DNA of 64,000 bases from Epithemia pelagica (taxonomy: Eukaryota > Protista > Bacillariophyta), in the NCBI GenBank assembly GCA_946965045.2, contig OX337240.1:1240001-1304000 (forward strand), written 5' to 3'. Position numbers and translations under genes: made by a program. Shown here piece after piece: positions 9,852 to 20,138 of this stretch. The notes below the pieces were generated by a model. That model had not been told where the DNA came from and did no database searches. It saw only the letters and a program-made list of their open reading frames with translations. Position 1 is the first letter of the stretch. Each line of letters starts with the position of its first letter.

Positions 9852-12641
9852 ATGTCTGCTGTTCCCAATAATCCGGAAACAAACTCGGATCAGGGGGAGA
9901 CACTACACAATCCTGGCATTGCTGAGAAAATGGATGCTGAACCAGACGCCATTGTAGCATCGACCGAAGTAAAAGGGGATCCACAGAGACCCGGAGAAGG
10001 CAGTGCAACGGTTCCAGAAACTAACGTGAAAGGGTCCACACAACAGATGGAGACTGCGGCGGCCACGGATCCAGACCCACCAGCAAAGGATTGCCTCACC
10101 AAGGCGGATACCCCATCCATTGAAGCACCAGCGGCCATGACTGTCACTGAGGATGCATCCAACAACAAACAAGTCAAAGACCCGGATCAAGATGATGCGC
10201 GTCAATCATGGGACAACAGCCATCGCAAAGTTGTAGTCCACCACATGTTCAAATTTACCGACAACAAGAAGGGTCGCAAATTGGCCGAACAATGGGCCAA
10301 GGATGCCACCAAGGAATCAAATGTCGACATTTCAATTTACAAAGTGCGAAAACCACCCAGTGATACCTTCATGGTCGTGACCTTGACTCAAACTAACATG
10401 GTGCAACCATTCATTGATTACATCAATAACAATCCAAATGTCACCAACAAGCGTGGAGTCAAACTTTTTGCGAAACCTGCCGTGTCTGAGCGAGAAGGAG
10501 ATGATAATGATGATAACAATGAGAGAAAACGAAAGAACCGAGGAGATGATGAGGACAATGGCAATGCCGAAGAAGATGAAGATGATGGCGACGACGACGG
10601 CAATAGCAACCGAAGGAGTACCAAGCGTGGTGTGAAACGTCAACAACGTGATGAAATTATGGAAGCAGCACGGCGCCCCATGACCGAAGACGAGATTCGT
10701 AAACGCATTACGCCTTTGTTTCATTTGACAGCCAAAGAACAGGCGATACACAAACAGCGAGATATGGTGCGAAATTGTGCCCGCAAAATGGTTCAAGAAA
10801 TTAAGGGGCGGTTCCGTACCTTGAACCGTGATGTCAATCGGCAAAAAAAGAATCAAGAGCAAAAGAATCAAAAACATGAAGCTACGTACAAGTGGCTAAA
10901 TAACCAAAGATGTGTTCAAGTTGATAATGTCCGTTCTGTACCATCACCGTTACGGAACAAGGTCGAATTCACCTTTGGTTATCGCTACTCGTATGTCTAT
11001 GAAAATGATACGACACCCAATTCCATAAACCAAAACGCTCAAGTCGACGGTCAAGAGCCACATTCGAATAAACAGACCACCGATGATAGGCAGTCGCAGA
11101 CGATCACGAAAACCGATTTAGACGTCGATGCAGCTGTCAAAGATGCAACCCCAATTGCCTCTGAAAACGTATCCGCCGTACCGATTCCGTCCAAAGCTGG
11201 CACCACCGTTCCAGTTGAATCAACAGATGTCAGTATGCAAGATATCACCACCTCCACTCCTCAACAGCAGACTTCCACTAACACAAAAGATTCCCAGCAC
11301 ACCGAAACATTGGAAGCACAACCCGCCGCAAAAACCACATCGAATTTACAGGCCGTGACCAAACTCTCTTCTGTTGGTTTCATGGCTTCTGGGTGGTCCG
11401 GAGGCGTCTCGAAACCCCACTGCTGTGCAAACATTCCCTCCGAAATGTGCACCTTGGTAGATGTATTGGAAGAATTCCTCAAAGACAGCCGCTTGCCGCC
11501 GTATGATCCAAAGAATCACACTGGCTTTTGGCGCTACTTGACAGTTCGAACATCTCGTAGAACTCAGCAATGTCTCATTGTTCTCGTCCATGCACCGGTT
11601 ACGGGTGGTATTGGAGATAGTGGAAGCGTGAATTTTAGTTCTATATGGGAGACTGAAAAGAAACGACTCTTGGAAACGCTTCAATCAGCTCGACTGCCCA
11701 TAAAGTCAGAGTCTGGCGATTGCATCGGAGAATTACAAGTTACCTCCATGTTCCTGCAGGAGTTTGGTGGCGTTTCCAATCCTCCGCAGGACCATCCAGT
11801 TCAGCATGTTTTTGGCAAAAAGGTTTTGGAGGAAAAGCTTGGCAATAGTATCTTTCAGATATCACCGGGAGCATTCTTCCAAGTAAATACGGCAGGAGCG
11901 GAACTGTTGTACCGAATTGTGATGGACAAACTTTCCGAATTTACTCATCATTGCCCTGACGGCAACACCGATCAAGTGAACGAGAACAACAACGTCGAAA
12001 AGACAAGAAAGAAAATTGTCTTGTTCGATGTGTGCTGTGGTACTGGTACGATCGGATTAGCTTGTTTGAAAGAAGGAGTTGTTGATCAAGTTATTGGAAT
12101 CGATATCAGTGAACCGGCTATTGAAGATGCGAGACGGAATGCCAAAGTCAATGGCTTTTCTGATGAAACTGTACCCAAGGCCACTAGTTCTCCTTGTACA
12201 GAGTCAATCGAAAGTACGGATGGATCCGCCTTTGAGCCTCCAACTCGATTTGTAGCGTCGCGAGCGGAATTTGTCATGTCAAAGGAAATCGATCGGGCGA
12301 CGAAGCGCAGACGAAGTCCTGGCTTGAGCCGTAACCTGGATGCAGGGCCACCTGTTGAGCACATCTATGTTGCTGTCGTGGATCCGGCACGAGAGGGCTT
12401 ACATGCCGATGTAGTACGTGCACTTCGACAAACTAAACAAATTCACCGAATTGTGTACGTGAGCTGCAATCCTACCGGGTCGCTGGTGAAGGATGCTGGA
12501 CTGCTGTGTGCTCCTCCAACGAAACGATATCCTGGTCGGGCCTTTCGACCAACGTCTGCGATTCCTGTCGATATGTTTCCCTTGACCAGCCACTGCGAAA
12601 TGGTAATGACATTTGATCGAGTTCAAGATGATGAGATGTAG
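9852..12641 (+). CDS. TRMT2A: TrmA/TRM2A-family tRNA (uracil-5)-methyltransferase
   Basis: FQISPGAFFQVN, SAM-binding DVCCGTGTIG, VVDPAREG, catalytic YVSCNP, DMFPLTSHCE motifs; N-terminal RRM-like segment. Confidence 0.92.
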   Translation: MSAVPNNPETNSDQGETLHNPGIAEKMDAEPDAIVASTEVKGDPQRPGEGSATVPETNVKGSTQQMETAAATDPDPPAKDCLTKADTPSIEAPAAMTVTEDASNNKQVKDPDQDDARQSWDNSHRKVVVHHMFKFTDNKKGRKLAEQWAKDATKESNVDISIYKVRKPPSDTFMVVTLTQTNMVQPFIDYINNNPNVTNKRGVKLFAKPAVSEREGDDNDDNNERKRKNRGDDEDNGNAEEDEDDGDDDGNSNRRSTKRGVKRQQRDEIMEAARRPMTEDEIRKRITPLFHLTAKEQAIHKQRDMVRNCARKMVQEIKGRFRTLNRDVNRQKKNQEQKNQKHEATYKWLNNQRCVQVDNVRSVPSPLRNKVEFTFGYRYSYVYENDTTPNSINQNAQVDGQEPHSNKQTTDDRQSQTITKTDLDVDAAVKDATPIASENVSAVPIPSKAGTTVPVESTDVSMQDITTSTPQQQTSTNTKDSQHTETLEAQPAAKTTSNLQAVTKLSSVGFMASGWSGGVSKPHCCANIPSEMCTLVDVLEEFLKDSRLPPYDPKNHTGFWRYLTVRTSRRTQQCLIVLVHAPVTGGIGDSGSVNFSSIWETEKKRLLETLQSARLPIKSESGDCIGELQVTSMFLQEFGGVSNPPQDHPVQHVFGKKVLEEKLGNSIFQISPGAFFQVNTAGAELLYRIVMDKLSEFTHHCPDGNTDQVNENNNVEKTRKKIVLFDVCCGTGTIGLACLKEGVVDQVIGIDISEPAIEDARRNAKVNGFSDETVPKATSSPCTESIESTDGSAFEPPTRFVASRAEFVMSKEIDRATKRRRSPGLSRNLDAGPPVEHIYVAVVDPAREGLHADVVRALRQTKQIHRIVYVSCNPTGSLVKDAGLLCAPPTKRYPGRAFRPTSAIPVDMFPLTSHCEMVMTFDRVQDDEM

Positions 12642-13580
12642 CTAATTGACTCGTTTGTTTCTGAAGTCCTGGGAGGAGAGATGGGGTCATGGACTTAATG
12701 ATCGACAAACCCTCTGGCAATCACAGATGGCTCCACAGAGAGGGACAAATAATGTCGCAATAAAATTGTTTCCAATCGGGATACGACCTGTAATTTGAGT
12801 GAGCGGTATTCGTAACGAATCGATGAAACGAGATAAGAGAAGGTCGCGATTCGCCATTCAGTGACTTATTTCAGAACACTGGGCATTCGCTGGCTAGTTG
12901 CTTGTAAGAAAGCAATGCCAGCATATTATTCTCTTCTTTGCTGCAAGTGCTTGATACCCCCCTACGCCAGGAAAGTTCTTTCATACGTGGTAATAATCCT
13001 TTGGGGAGACGGAAGCGTTCTTGTCCAACGAGTTGCGGATATGGTGACCGTTCAGGTGGATGGAGGACAAGGCAATGATTGCAGGGGTACCTTTGTTCGT
13101 CCGTCCATGTCAATGCCATCGGCTACATTGGCTTGGTGATGTCGATTGGGCTTTGATTGACTTTGTTCGATATGTACTGTTGCTGTATTAAGAATCAAAC
13201 AGACTCACAAGACAGGAGAAGACTGTCGAAATGCTCTCAACCATGGGTTCGTTGGTATTGATTGGTGGGATTTCGACCTTTCTGGGTACCGAACCCTTGG
13301 CCTTATCCACCAGCAGCAAGCGAAGCTGTGTTTGGGAAGGCTTCTTCAATCACCTCATGAAAGCTCTTCACCCATGCCACCAGATCCAACAGTTGTGTCA
13401 CAGTCAAACCTGGGTGCTTGTGTCCATCAGAACCGCCGTTCTGTTGAAGAATATTGTTGGGAGGGAAGCAAGGAGAAGCGAGAAGCTACAATCGGTACTG
13501 GGACACGTACGAAGTGAAGATAATTGTGTATTCCTAATAGTTTATGGTTCTACCATGTACTTCTTCGTACTCCTACTGGT

Positions 13581-14234
13581 TTATCGAGGATCGAGGCGAT
13601 CGATAATCATATCCAACTTGTTATTGATGGCTTCCGCTTTTGTCGCCATCTCTGATTTGATGTCCGATATCTCTGTTTTGGTCGCCATCTCTGATTTGAT
13701 GTCCGATATCTCTGTTTTGATGTCCGATATTTCCGCTTTCGTCGCCTTGGAGATGTCGATAATCTCCTCGACAGTCTGTTTCACGGATTGAGTCGTCTTT
13801 CCAACTCTATCAAGTGTTGCGTAGGATTTGATTGCCGCTCCGTAGCCGAACGCGGTACTAAAATATGATGCTGGTTCACTTTCCCAAATCCCACCAGGAT
13901 ACATTGTGCGCATTGCATCCAGAAAGCCTCTCACCGCAATAAGTATCAGCACAATCACATCGTGGCCCCAGTACCTTGCGCTCGGCATTACATCGTTGAC
14001 CGAAGGTTGATCGTTTTTAAGGAGCTTGGTTGCCCTCGTCAATGGAGACGACGGTTGTCGCGGTTGGGGGGTCATTTCCGCCTGTTCGACAACAGAAATC
14101 GGGCTCGCTCCCTGGCGTACGTCTAGCGACATATTGCTGGGGCTTTGGAGCTCTTGCGGCAACCAGATGTCATCGACCTCATCCTCGTCGGTGTTCAGCA
14201 GCGGTGTTGTTTTGTCGCGTTGCATGATGGCCAA
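13581..14234 (-). CDS. Hypothetical 217-aa protein with a hydrophobic middle segment and C-terminal coiled-coil ATK(A/T)EISDIKSEM repeats
   Basis: Clean ORF; the repeats are in frame (39- and 21-nt units). Confidence 0.6.
   Translation of the reverse strand: MAIMQRDKTTPLLNTDEDEVDDIWLPQELQSPSNMSLDVRQGASPISVVEQAEMTPQPRQPSSPLTRATKLLKNDQPSVNDVMPSARYWGHDVIVLILIAVRGFLDAMRTMYPGGIWESEPASYFSTAFGYGAAIKSYATLDRVGKTTQSVKQTVEEIIDISKATKAEISDIKTEISDIKSEMATKTEISDIKSEMATKAEAINNKLDMIIDRLDPR
13642..13746. repeat. Coding tandem repeat, 39-bp unit x2 plus 21-bp sub-repeats
   Basis: gtcgccatctctgatttgatgtccgatatctctgttttg at 13642 and 13681. Confidence 0.9.
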
Positions 14235-14375
14235 AACAAAGAATGATGACTTTTCTTCTTATGCTGGTGATAATTTGTGATTTGTGATGGTGCATGGTGT
14301 GCAAAACACACTCCACCAGTCTTTGATCCCGTGAATGTGCGGTGTATTGGTACCTTAGCAGGGCGGCGGGTGCCG

Positions 14376-14829
14376 TGTTCGAATATTGTACATGCGGGCA
14401 TATGTAACTGATGGGGACCTTGGGGGACCGCAGACGCAAACCTCATGACTCCATTAGGCCCAACGCATCATCGAACCGCCTTTCACAAAACGCAAAACGA
14501 CGGACGATGGATCCAGGCGACGATGCCTATGTAACGATCGACAATGCCTATGTAACGATTGTCGTTCTTAAGGACAGGATCCCATGACCATTGTCATAAC
14601 GGTCCATGGCCCTAAGTGAATCAGAAGATACTTAGAGGCTGCGATATCCCACGAACGGTGGCAGGTCCGTCCTTAACACATCTCGTCGCCCAAATTGGTG
14701 ACACAACGTCTCCACCAACGATTCAACGCATCGATGACAGTAGGGAACGGAGACGTAGTACCTAACATCGTAGACACACAATTTTGCAACAAGAGTCCTT
14801 TTCTTTACTCGCTAGTAAGGAAAACAACA
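14376..14829 (+). repeat. 5' LTR of element 2 (454 bp)
   Basis: Direct repeat of 20139-20592; TG...CA ends. Confidence 0.97.
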
Positions 14830-14843
14830 CGCTTCCTCTGCGC
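14830..14843 (+). other. Putative non-canonical primer-binding site complementary to the D-arm of initiator tRNA-Met
   Basis: CGCTTCCTCTGCGC directly after the LTR; reverse complement GCGCAGAGGAAGCG vs the eukaryotic tRNA-iMet D-arm GCGCAG(C/U)GGAAGCG. Confidence 0.55.
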
Positions 14844-14871
14844 TTTAGACAGCACACGTCCATCGTCTGCC

Positions 14872-16113
14872 ATGGCTTTCGCAATCTCTCCCGCTAACGC
14901 AAACGCGAACAACATCGTGAACTTTGCAACGGCAGCTGGAGCAAAGCTCTACAAGCAGGCAACGACTGGACTCTTTGACAGTGGTGATCTCTACGATCTC
15001 CACGCGGAAGGGCTGAAGACGTTTCTCGACTCATTCCAAGATCGGATCGTCGAACAATCTTGGACCAGCACCTTTTCCATTCCCGAACACATTGTGGTTC
15101 CTCCAGCGGCTGGACCAGCACCGCCACCAGCACCTACGCATCTCTTGACTCAAGCCTACGGTCGCGTCTCGCTCGCCCAGGTTCGCACCTACGTCGATAG
15201 TTTCATCGGACAGAACAGGATTTCTCAGAATTCCTATATGTCCTACATGTGTTTGATGGCGTCGCTCAACGAAGATGCGAAGGCGCAAGTAAATCTACGA
15301 CGCGAAGACTTTATTATCGACAACGTTGGCAGTGGTCCACTCCTTCTCAAAGTGATCATTTCCCTCGCGTATGTGGATACCGAGGCGACCGTGATGGTAC
15401 TTCGCCAGCGTTTGTCCGATCTGCATATTCATATTGCAGACTTCAACGGTGACATCATCAAGTTCAACTCCTATGTGAAGGCTACTCTTCAAGGTTTGCA
15501 TGCCCGCGGTGAACGAACGCTGGACTTACTCCCTAACCTTTTCAAAGCTTATGAGACTGTGAATGATGAGAACTTCTTGGAGATGATCCGTCGTCGAAAG
15601 AACGCATACGAAGAAGGAGATTCTCCGAATCTCTCGGCGACGCAACTCATGGATTGGGCCCGTCTCAAGTACCAAGGCCTAGTAGAAGCGAAGAAATGGC
15701 AGGCTCTGTCCGAACGTGACCAGAAGATTATTGCCCTTGAGGCCAAAGTCAAGAAGATGGAGAAAGGAAAAACAGCCCCGCTGTCCACGACCAAGGGATC
15801 CAAACAGGGCGAGCAAAAGACCAAAGAATCAGCAAAAGAATCGTGGCTCACCATTGGGCCACATGAGGGAGGCCCAGAAGTAAAAGAAGTCAACGGAAAA
15901 ATGTACTATTGGTGTAAGTGGCATGAAAAGTGGTCACTCAACAAGAAACACACTTCCGACACGTGCAACGGACGGGGCTTAACCGGAGAGAAAAAGAAGG
16001 CCTATGATCTAGCTCATGCCGAGAAGAACAATGATGGTACAACTCCTGCCCTTCGCCTCGCGAGTGCTCTAGCTGATCTACCGGCCCAAGAAGAATCTTC
16101 TGACGAAGAGTGA
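14872..16113 (+). CDS. gag: Gag with C-terminal C-x2-H...H-x4-C type zinc knuckle
   Basis: First ATG after LTR/PBS; YYWCKWHEKWSLNKKHTSDTC; the ORF-track start at 14695 lies inside the LTR. Confidence 0.9.
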   Translation: MAFAISPANANANNIVNFATAAGAKLYKQATTGLFDSGDLYDLHAEGLKTFLDSFQDRIVEQSWTSTFSIPEHIVVPPAAGPAPPPAPTHLLTQAYGRVSLAQVRTYVDSFIGQNRISQNSYMSYMCLMASLNEDAKAQVNLRREDFIIDNVGSGPLLLKVIISLAYVDTEATVMVLRQRLSDLHIHIADFNGDIIKFNSYVKATLQGLHARGERTLDLLPNLFKAYETVNDENFLEMIRRRKNAYEEGDSPNLSATQLMDWARLKYQGLVEAKKWQALSERDQKIIALEAKVKKMEKGKTAPLSTTKGSKQGEQKTKESAKESWLTIGPHEGGPEVKEVNGKMYYWCKWHEKWSLNKKHTSDTCNGRGLTGEKKKAYDLAHAEKNNDGTTPALRLASALADLPAQEESSDEE

Positions 16114-19100
16114 CAACGAGACCCGAGGTCATTCCTCGGGCTGTTCTACAAGACGGTCGAGCAGCTCATCTATCTATTACTAGTGACAACAATCCTCTAC
16201 ATGTCTGTCCTAGTATATAGTGATGATGATGCTAGGTCGGCTAACCCTTCCCAAAATGACAAGACGAGTCTGCGGCCTAAGCTATGGTTTCTAACACCAA
16301 CATGCAATAGCAACAGGATACGACGACAAACAAGGAAACCAAGATGGAATAGACAAACAATGCGAATGTTATGCATGGCAACAATACTCGCAGCTCCGAT
16401 AACAGGCAAACCAGCCGCAGCACATCAAGTCAAGTTCGACTCCGATAGCCAGCCCGTGTTTGTTGACAACTGTGCAACATCGTCTATCACAAACGATATC
16501 ACCGACTGCATAACAGCAATCCAGCCCGTAAGAAGAAAGATCAAGGGCATTGCAGGATTGTTCAAAACAGAAATCTACTCCACGACGATCAAGTGGCACT
16601 TCGAAGACGACAACGGTGCCATCCATACATTCGTCCTGCCTCGATCATTCTACATACCATCGACCTCCAACAGACTTTTCTCTCCCCAACACTGGGCACA
16701 AGTAGCCAAAGACCACAAGCCGAATCCAGATGGCACTCGCTGCATCACCACAGCTGACAACATCATTCTCGAATGGAACCAACGCGAATACACGAGAACC
16801 ATCCCACTCAATCGAAGAGGGACGAACGTGGGACAGCTGTACACGGCAAACGGTATGCTCAAGTTCCATGCTTTCTGCTGCAAAGTACACGCGACACCGG
16901 AGGAAGAAGATGAGAATCCACCGATCGTTAGTCATGCGAATCTGATCGAGGATGACGAAAGCATCAACGAGAACTCACCAAGCGCCCAGATTGAACAAGA
17001 TTCCAACGATGTAGAATTTGACATGGATGACGAGCACAACGAACAGTATTTTCCACAACGGGATCAGCCCATCACCACGGATTTTCTCTTCGAAGATGAA
17101 AAAGTGGTACATGTGATTCCCAATGAAGAGGAAGTGCCAATCGAAAACCCGACGGTTGAACTCCTGCGCGTTCATCATCGGCTCGGCCATCTGTCATTTG
17201 CTAAGATTCAAGAAATGGCACGACGAGGTGAATTGCCCAAGCGACTCGGTTCATGCGCTGTTCCAGCATGTACAGCCTGTATGTACGGGAAAGCGACGAA
17301 GAAACCGTGGCGAGTGAAAGGTACAAGGGGTACACTGGATGTTATGACTCGTCCAGGCCAATGTGTATCGGTCGACCAACTAATATCGACAACACCAGGA
17401 TATATTGCCCACTTACGAGGCACTCCAACACGCGATAGATATCGGGTAGCGACTGTTTTCGTGGACCACTACTCTGGTATAGGATACGTCCACCTACAAC
17501 GATCGACGTCGGCTGCAGATACCATCGAAGCAAAGGAGCGATTCGAAGCATGGGCGGACACGCACGGGGTCGCAATCATGCACTATCATGCAGACAACGG
17601 CATTTTTGCTGACAACCAATTTCGCAAAGCAGTGAGAGACAAAGGACAGCGCTTGACGTTCAGCGGAGTCAACGCGCATTTTCAGAGCGGTATGGCTGAG
17701 AGGCGCATAAGGGACCTACAAGATTCAGCACGGACTATGCTACTCCATGCACATCGTCGATGGCCCTCTGCTATTACTCCGAACCTCTGGCCCTATGCAG
17801 TACGCTATGCATCGGATATCTTCAACTCTGCACCTATGGCGAAACATAAGAAAACGACGCCTTTGGAACTCTTCTCTGGTTCCCCAGCACGATTCAACTT
17901 ACGACATGCGCACACATTTGGATGTCCAAGTTATGTCCTAGACAATGCTCTACAATCAGGAAAAGGGATTCCCAAATGGTCCGAACGCTCTCGGGTTGGT
18001 ATCTTCTTGGGATACTCTGCCCAACATTCAAGAACCGTGGGGCTTATTCTCTCATTGTCCTCCGGTTTATCTTCTCCCCAATTCCATGTTCAATATGATG
18101 ACCGTTTTGAGACTATGCGACGTAGTTTCGGGGAAGCACAACCTGTTTCCTACTGGCAGCAGAAGGCCGGGTTCCGCAAGGGTAAAACCAGGGATCAGTC
18201 CCAACCAGATCACCACACTACCGACACACGTGACTCACAACTACCCTCACAAATGAGGGAGGTAGATCACAATTCTACCCTAGAGGAGCCACCTATAGTT
18301 CCGTTACCAATCGACAACGAAGAGCTAATCCAGCCGACAAATGAGGGAGCCTTTGGAGTCCGCAGGTCACAACGACAACCCAAACCAACTATGCGATATC
18401 AAGACTATATGGATTCCTTGGGGGACGACCTAGATCCTCTAGGTGAGCTGGCAGTGACGTTACCTGGGTTGATCTCCATGACCGCACAGGCCCAAGCAAA
18501 TCCAGATGTCATGTATTGGCACGAAGCCATGCGACAACCAGATCGATTGGAATTTATTAAGGCTGCCCAAAAGGAGGTCCAGGATCACACCGCAAACGGT
18601 CTCTGGGAAGTGGTTCGACGACAAGATATACCACCGGGTAGCTATGTGACTAGAGCAGTATGGAGTTGTGTCCGGAAGCGGAAACTGCAGACAGGTGAAA
18701 TCTATAAATGGAAGTCACGCTTGGCATTTGATGGATCAAGACAGACTAAAGGAGTGAACTATTGGGAGACTTATGCTCCCGTAGTCCAATGGCCTGTGGT
18801 CCGCTATGTCTTAACGACGGCTATTTCGCAAGGATGGGCGATGAAGCAGATAGACTATGTCCTCGCCTATACTCAAGCCGTGGCGGAAACTGATATGTAC
18901 ATGGAGGCACCTAGAGGGTTTACATTCGACACGACCGGAAAACAACGAGCCGAAGATTTTGTTCTCAAGATTAAACGGAATTACTACGGTCAGAAACAGG
19001 CCGCGCGTGTCTGGAATAAACACCTAGTACAGCAATTGGAACAAGTGGGATTCAAACAGAGTGACCATGATGAATGTGTCTTCTACAAAGGACGCAGCCT

Positions 19101-20112
19101 CTATATCTTGTACACAGATGACTCCATCTTGACAGGGCCTGATCCACAAGAACTCGACGACATTATCACTCAGATGCAGGACATTGGGCTTAAGATTACA
19201 TATGAAGACGGGGTAGAAGATTTTCTTGGGGTCAATATTACAAAACAAGAGACCGGACATCTTCACCTCTCCCAGACTCGCCTGATCGACGCTATCCTTG
19301 ATGATCTGCGATTACCAGCGGACACGAATACTCGCGACGTGCCGGCAGCAACCACAGTGAAGATGCGCGCCGATGATGATGGAGACCCTTTTGATGGACA
19401 CTTCAACTATCGTTCGGTCATCGGGAAACTGAATTTCCTCGAGAAAAGTACACGACCTGATATATCCTACGCAGTACATCAATGTGCACGCTTTTCCGCG
19501 AATCCAAAGCAGGTACATGGACGAGCAGTAAAGCAGATTGGGCGCTACCTCGCTGGTACACGGTCACGAGGACTAGTGCTCAAACCACAGGACAAAGAAA
19601 ATTTCGACGTTTATGCCGATGCCGATTTTTGTGGCAACTTCAACAAGACAGATATACCACGATCAGACATGGCCCGATCCCGTTCCGGATATGTCATCTT
19701 TTATGGAGGTTGTCCCATAGTGTGGGCATCAAAATTACAGTCCGAGATTGCACTGTCCACAACGGAAGCGGAAATTATCAGCCTCTCTACTTCATTGCGT
19801 ACAGTCATTCCACTTATGCACATTACGAAAGAGATGAAATCACTCGGCTTCCCTGTTCTGTCAACACAACCCAGAGTACATTGTCGAGCTTTTGAAGACA
19901 ATAACGGAGCTTACGAATTGGCTACGGTCTATAAATATCGACCACGCACGCGATACCTCTGTACCAAGCTATTTCATTTCAAGTCCTATGTCGAGAAGAA
20001 AGAGATTACGATCCTCCCTTGCGATACGGAGTTGCAGACCGCGGATATCTTTACCAAAGCACTGGATAAAGAGACGTTCGAGCGGCATCGCATGCGTATT
20101 ATGGGCTGGTAG
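16114..20112 (+). CDS. pol: Pol (PR-IN-RT-RH), in frame with gag after a single UGA
   Basis: VFVDNCAT protease; HHRLGH...CTAC and SVDQL/ADNG/AERR integrase; YTDD RT; YADADF RNase H; no stop between 16114 and 20110. Confidence 0.95.
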   Translation, partial: QRDPRSFLGLFYKTVEQLIYLLLVTTILYMSVLVYSDDDARSANPSQNDKTSLRPKLWFLTPTCNSNRIRRQTRKPRWNRQTMRMLCMATILAAPITGKPAAAHQVKFDSDSQPVFVDNCATSSITNDITDCITAIQPVRRKIKGIAGLFKTEIYSTTIKWHFEDDNGAIHTFVLPRSFYIPSTSNRLFSPQHWAQVAKDHKPNPDGTRCITTADNIILEWNQREYTRTIPLNRRGTNVGQLYTANGMLKFHAFCCKVHATPEEEDENPPIVSHANLIEDDESINENSPSAQIEQDSNDVEFDMDDEHNEQYFPQRDQPITTDFLFEDEKVVHVIPNEEEVPIENPTVELLRVHHRLGHLSFAKIQEMARRGELPKRLGSCAVPACTACMYGKATKKPWRVKGTRGTLDVMTRPGQCVSVDQLISTTPGYIAHLRGTPTRDRYRVATVFVDHYSGIGYVHLQRSTSAADTIEAKERFEAWADTHGVAIMHYHADNGIFADNQFRKAVRDKGQRLTFSGVNAHFQSGMAERRIRDLQDSARTMLLHAHRRWPSAITPNLWPYAVRYASDIFNSAPMAKHKKTTPLELFSGSPARFNLRHAHTFGCPSYVLDNALQSGKGIPKWSERSRVGIFLGYSAQHSRTVGLILSLSSGLSSPQFHVQYDDRFETMRRSFGEAQPVSYWQQKAGFRKGKTRDQSQPDHHTTDTRDSQLPSQMREVDHNSTLEEPPIVPLPIDNEELIQPTNEGAFGVRRSQRQPKPTMRYQDYMDSLGDDLDPLGELAVTLPGLISMTAQAQANPDVMYWHEAMRQPDRLEFIKAAQKEVQDHTANGLWEVVRRQDIPPGSYVTRAVWSCVRKRKLQTGEIYKWKSRLAFDGSRQTKGVNYWETYAPVVQWPVVRYVLTTAISQGWAMKQIDYVLAYTQAVAETDMYMEAPRGFTFDTTGKQRAEDFVLKIKRNYYGQKQAARVWNKHLVQQLEQVGFKQSDHDECVFYKGRSLYILYTDDSILTGPDPQELDDIITQMQDIGLKITYEDGVEDFLGVNITKQETGHLHLSQTRLIDAILDDLRLPADTNTRDVPAATTVKMRADDDGDPFDGHFNYRSVIGKLNFLEKSTRPDISYAVHQCARFSANPKQVHGRAVKQIGRYLAGTRSRGLVLKPQDKENFDVYADADFCGNFNKTDIPRSDMARSRSGYVIFYGGCPIVWASKLQSEIALSTTEAEIISLSTSLRTVIPLMHITKEMKSLGFPVLSTQPRVHCRAFEDNNGAYELATVYKYRPRTRYLCTKLFHFKSYVEKKEITILPCDTELQTADIFTKALDKETFERHRMRIMGW

Positions 20113-20131
20113 TCAGATTTTCACGCTGCGT

Positions 20132-20138
20132 GAGGGAG
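20132..20138 (+). other. Polypurine tract of element 2
   Basis: GAGGGAG abutting the 3' LTR TG. Confidence 0.85.

Noticed and set aside
13231-13791. 186-aa + strand ORF with repeated ISDLMSDISV
   Set aside because: Antisense reading of the coding repeat of 13581-14234
14695-14871. N-terminal extension of the gag ORF in the ORF track
   Set aside because: Starts at TTG inside the 5' LTR; the first ATG after the LTR/PBS is 14872
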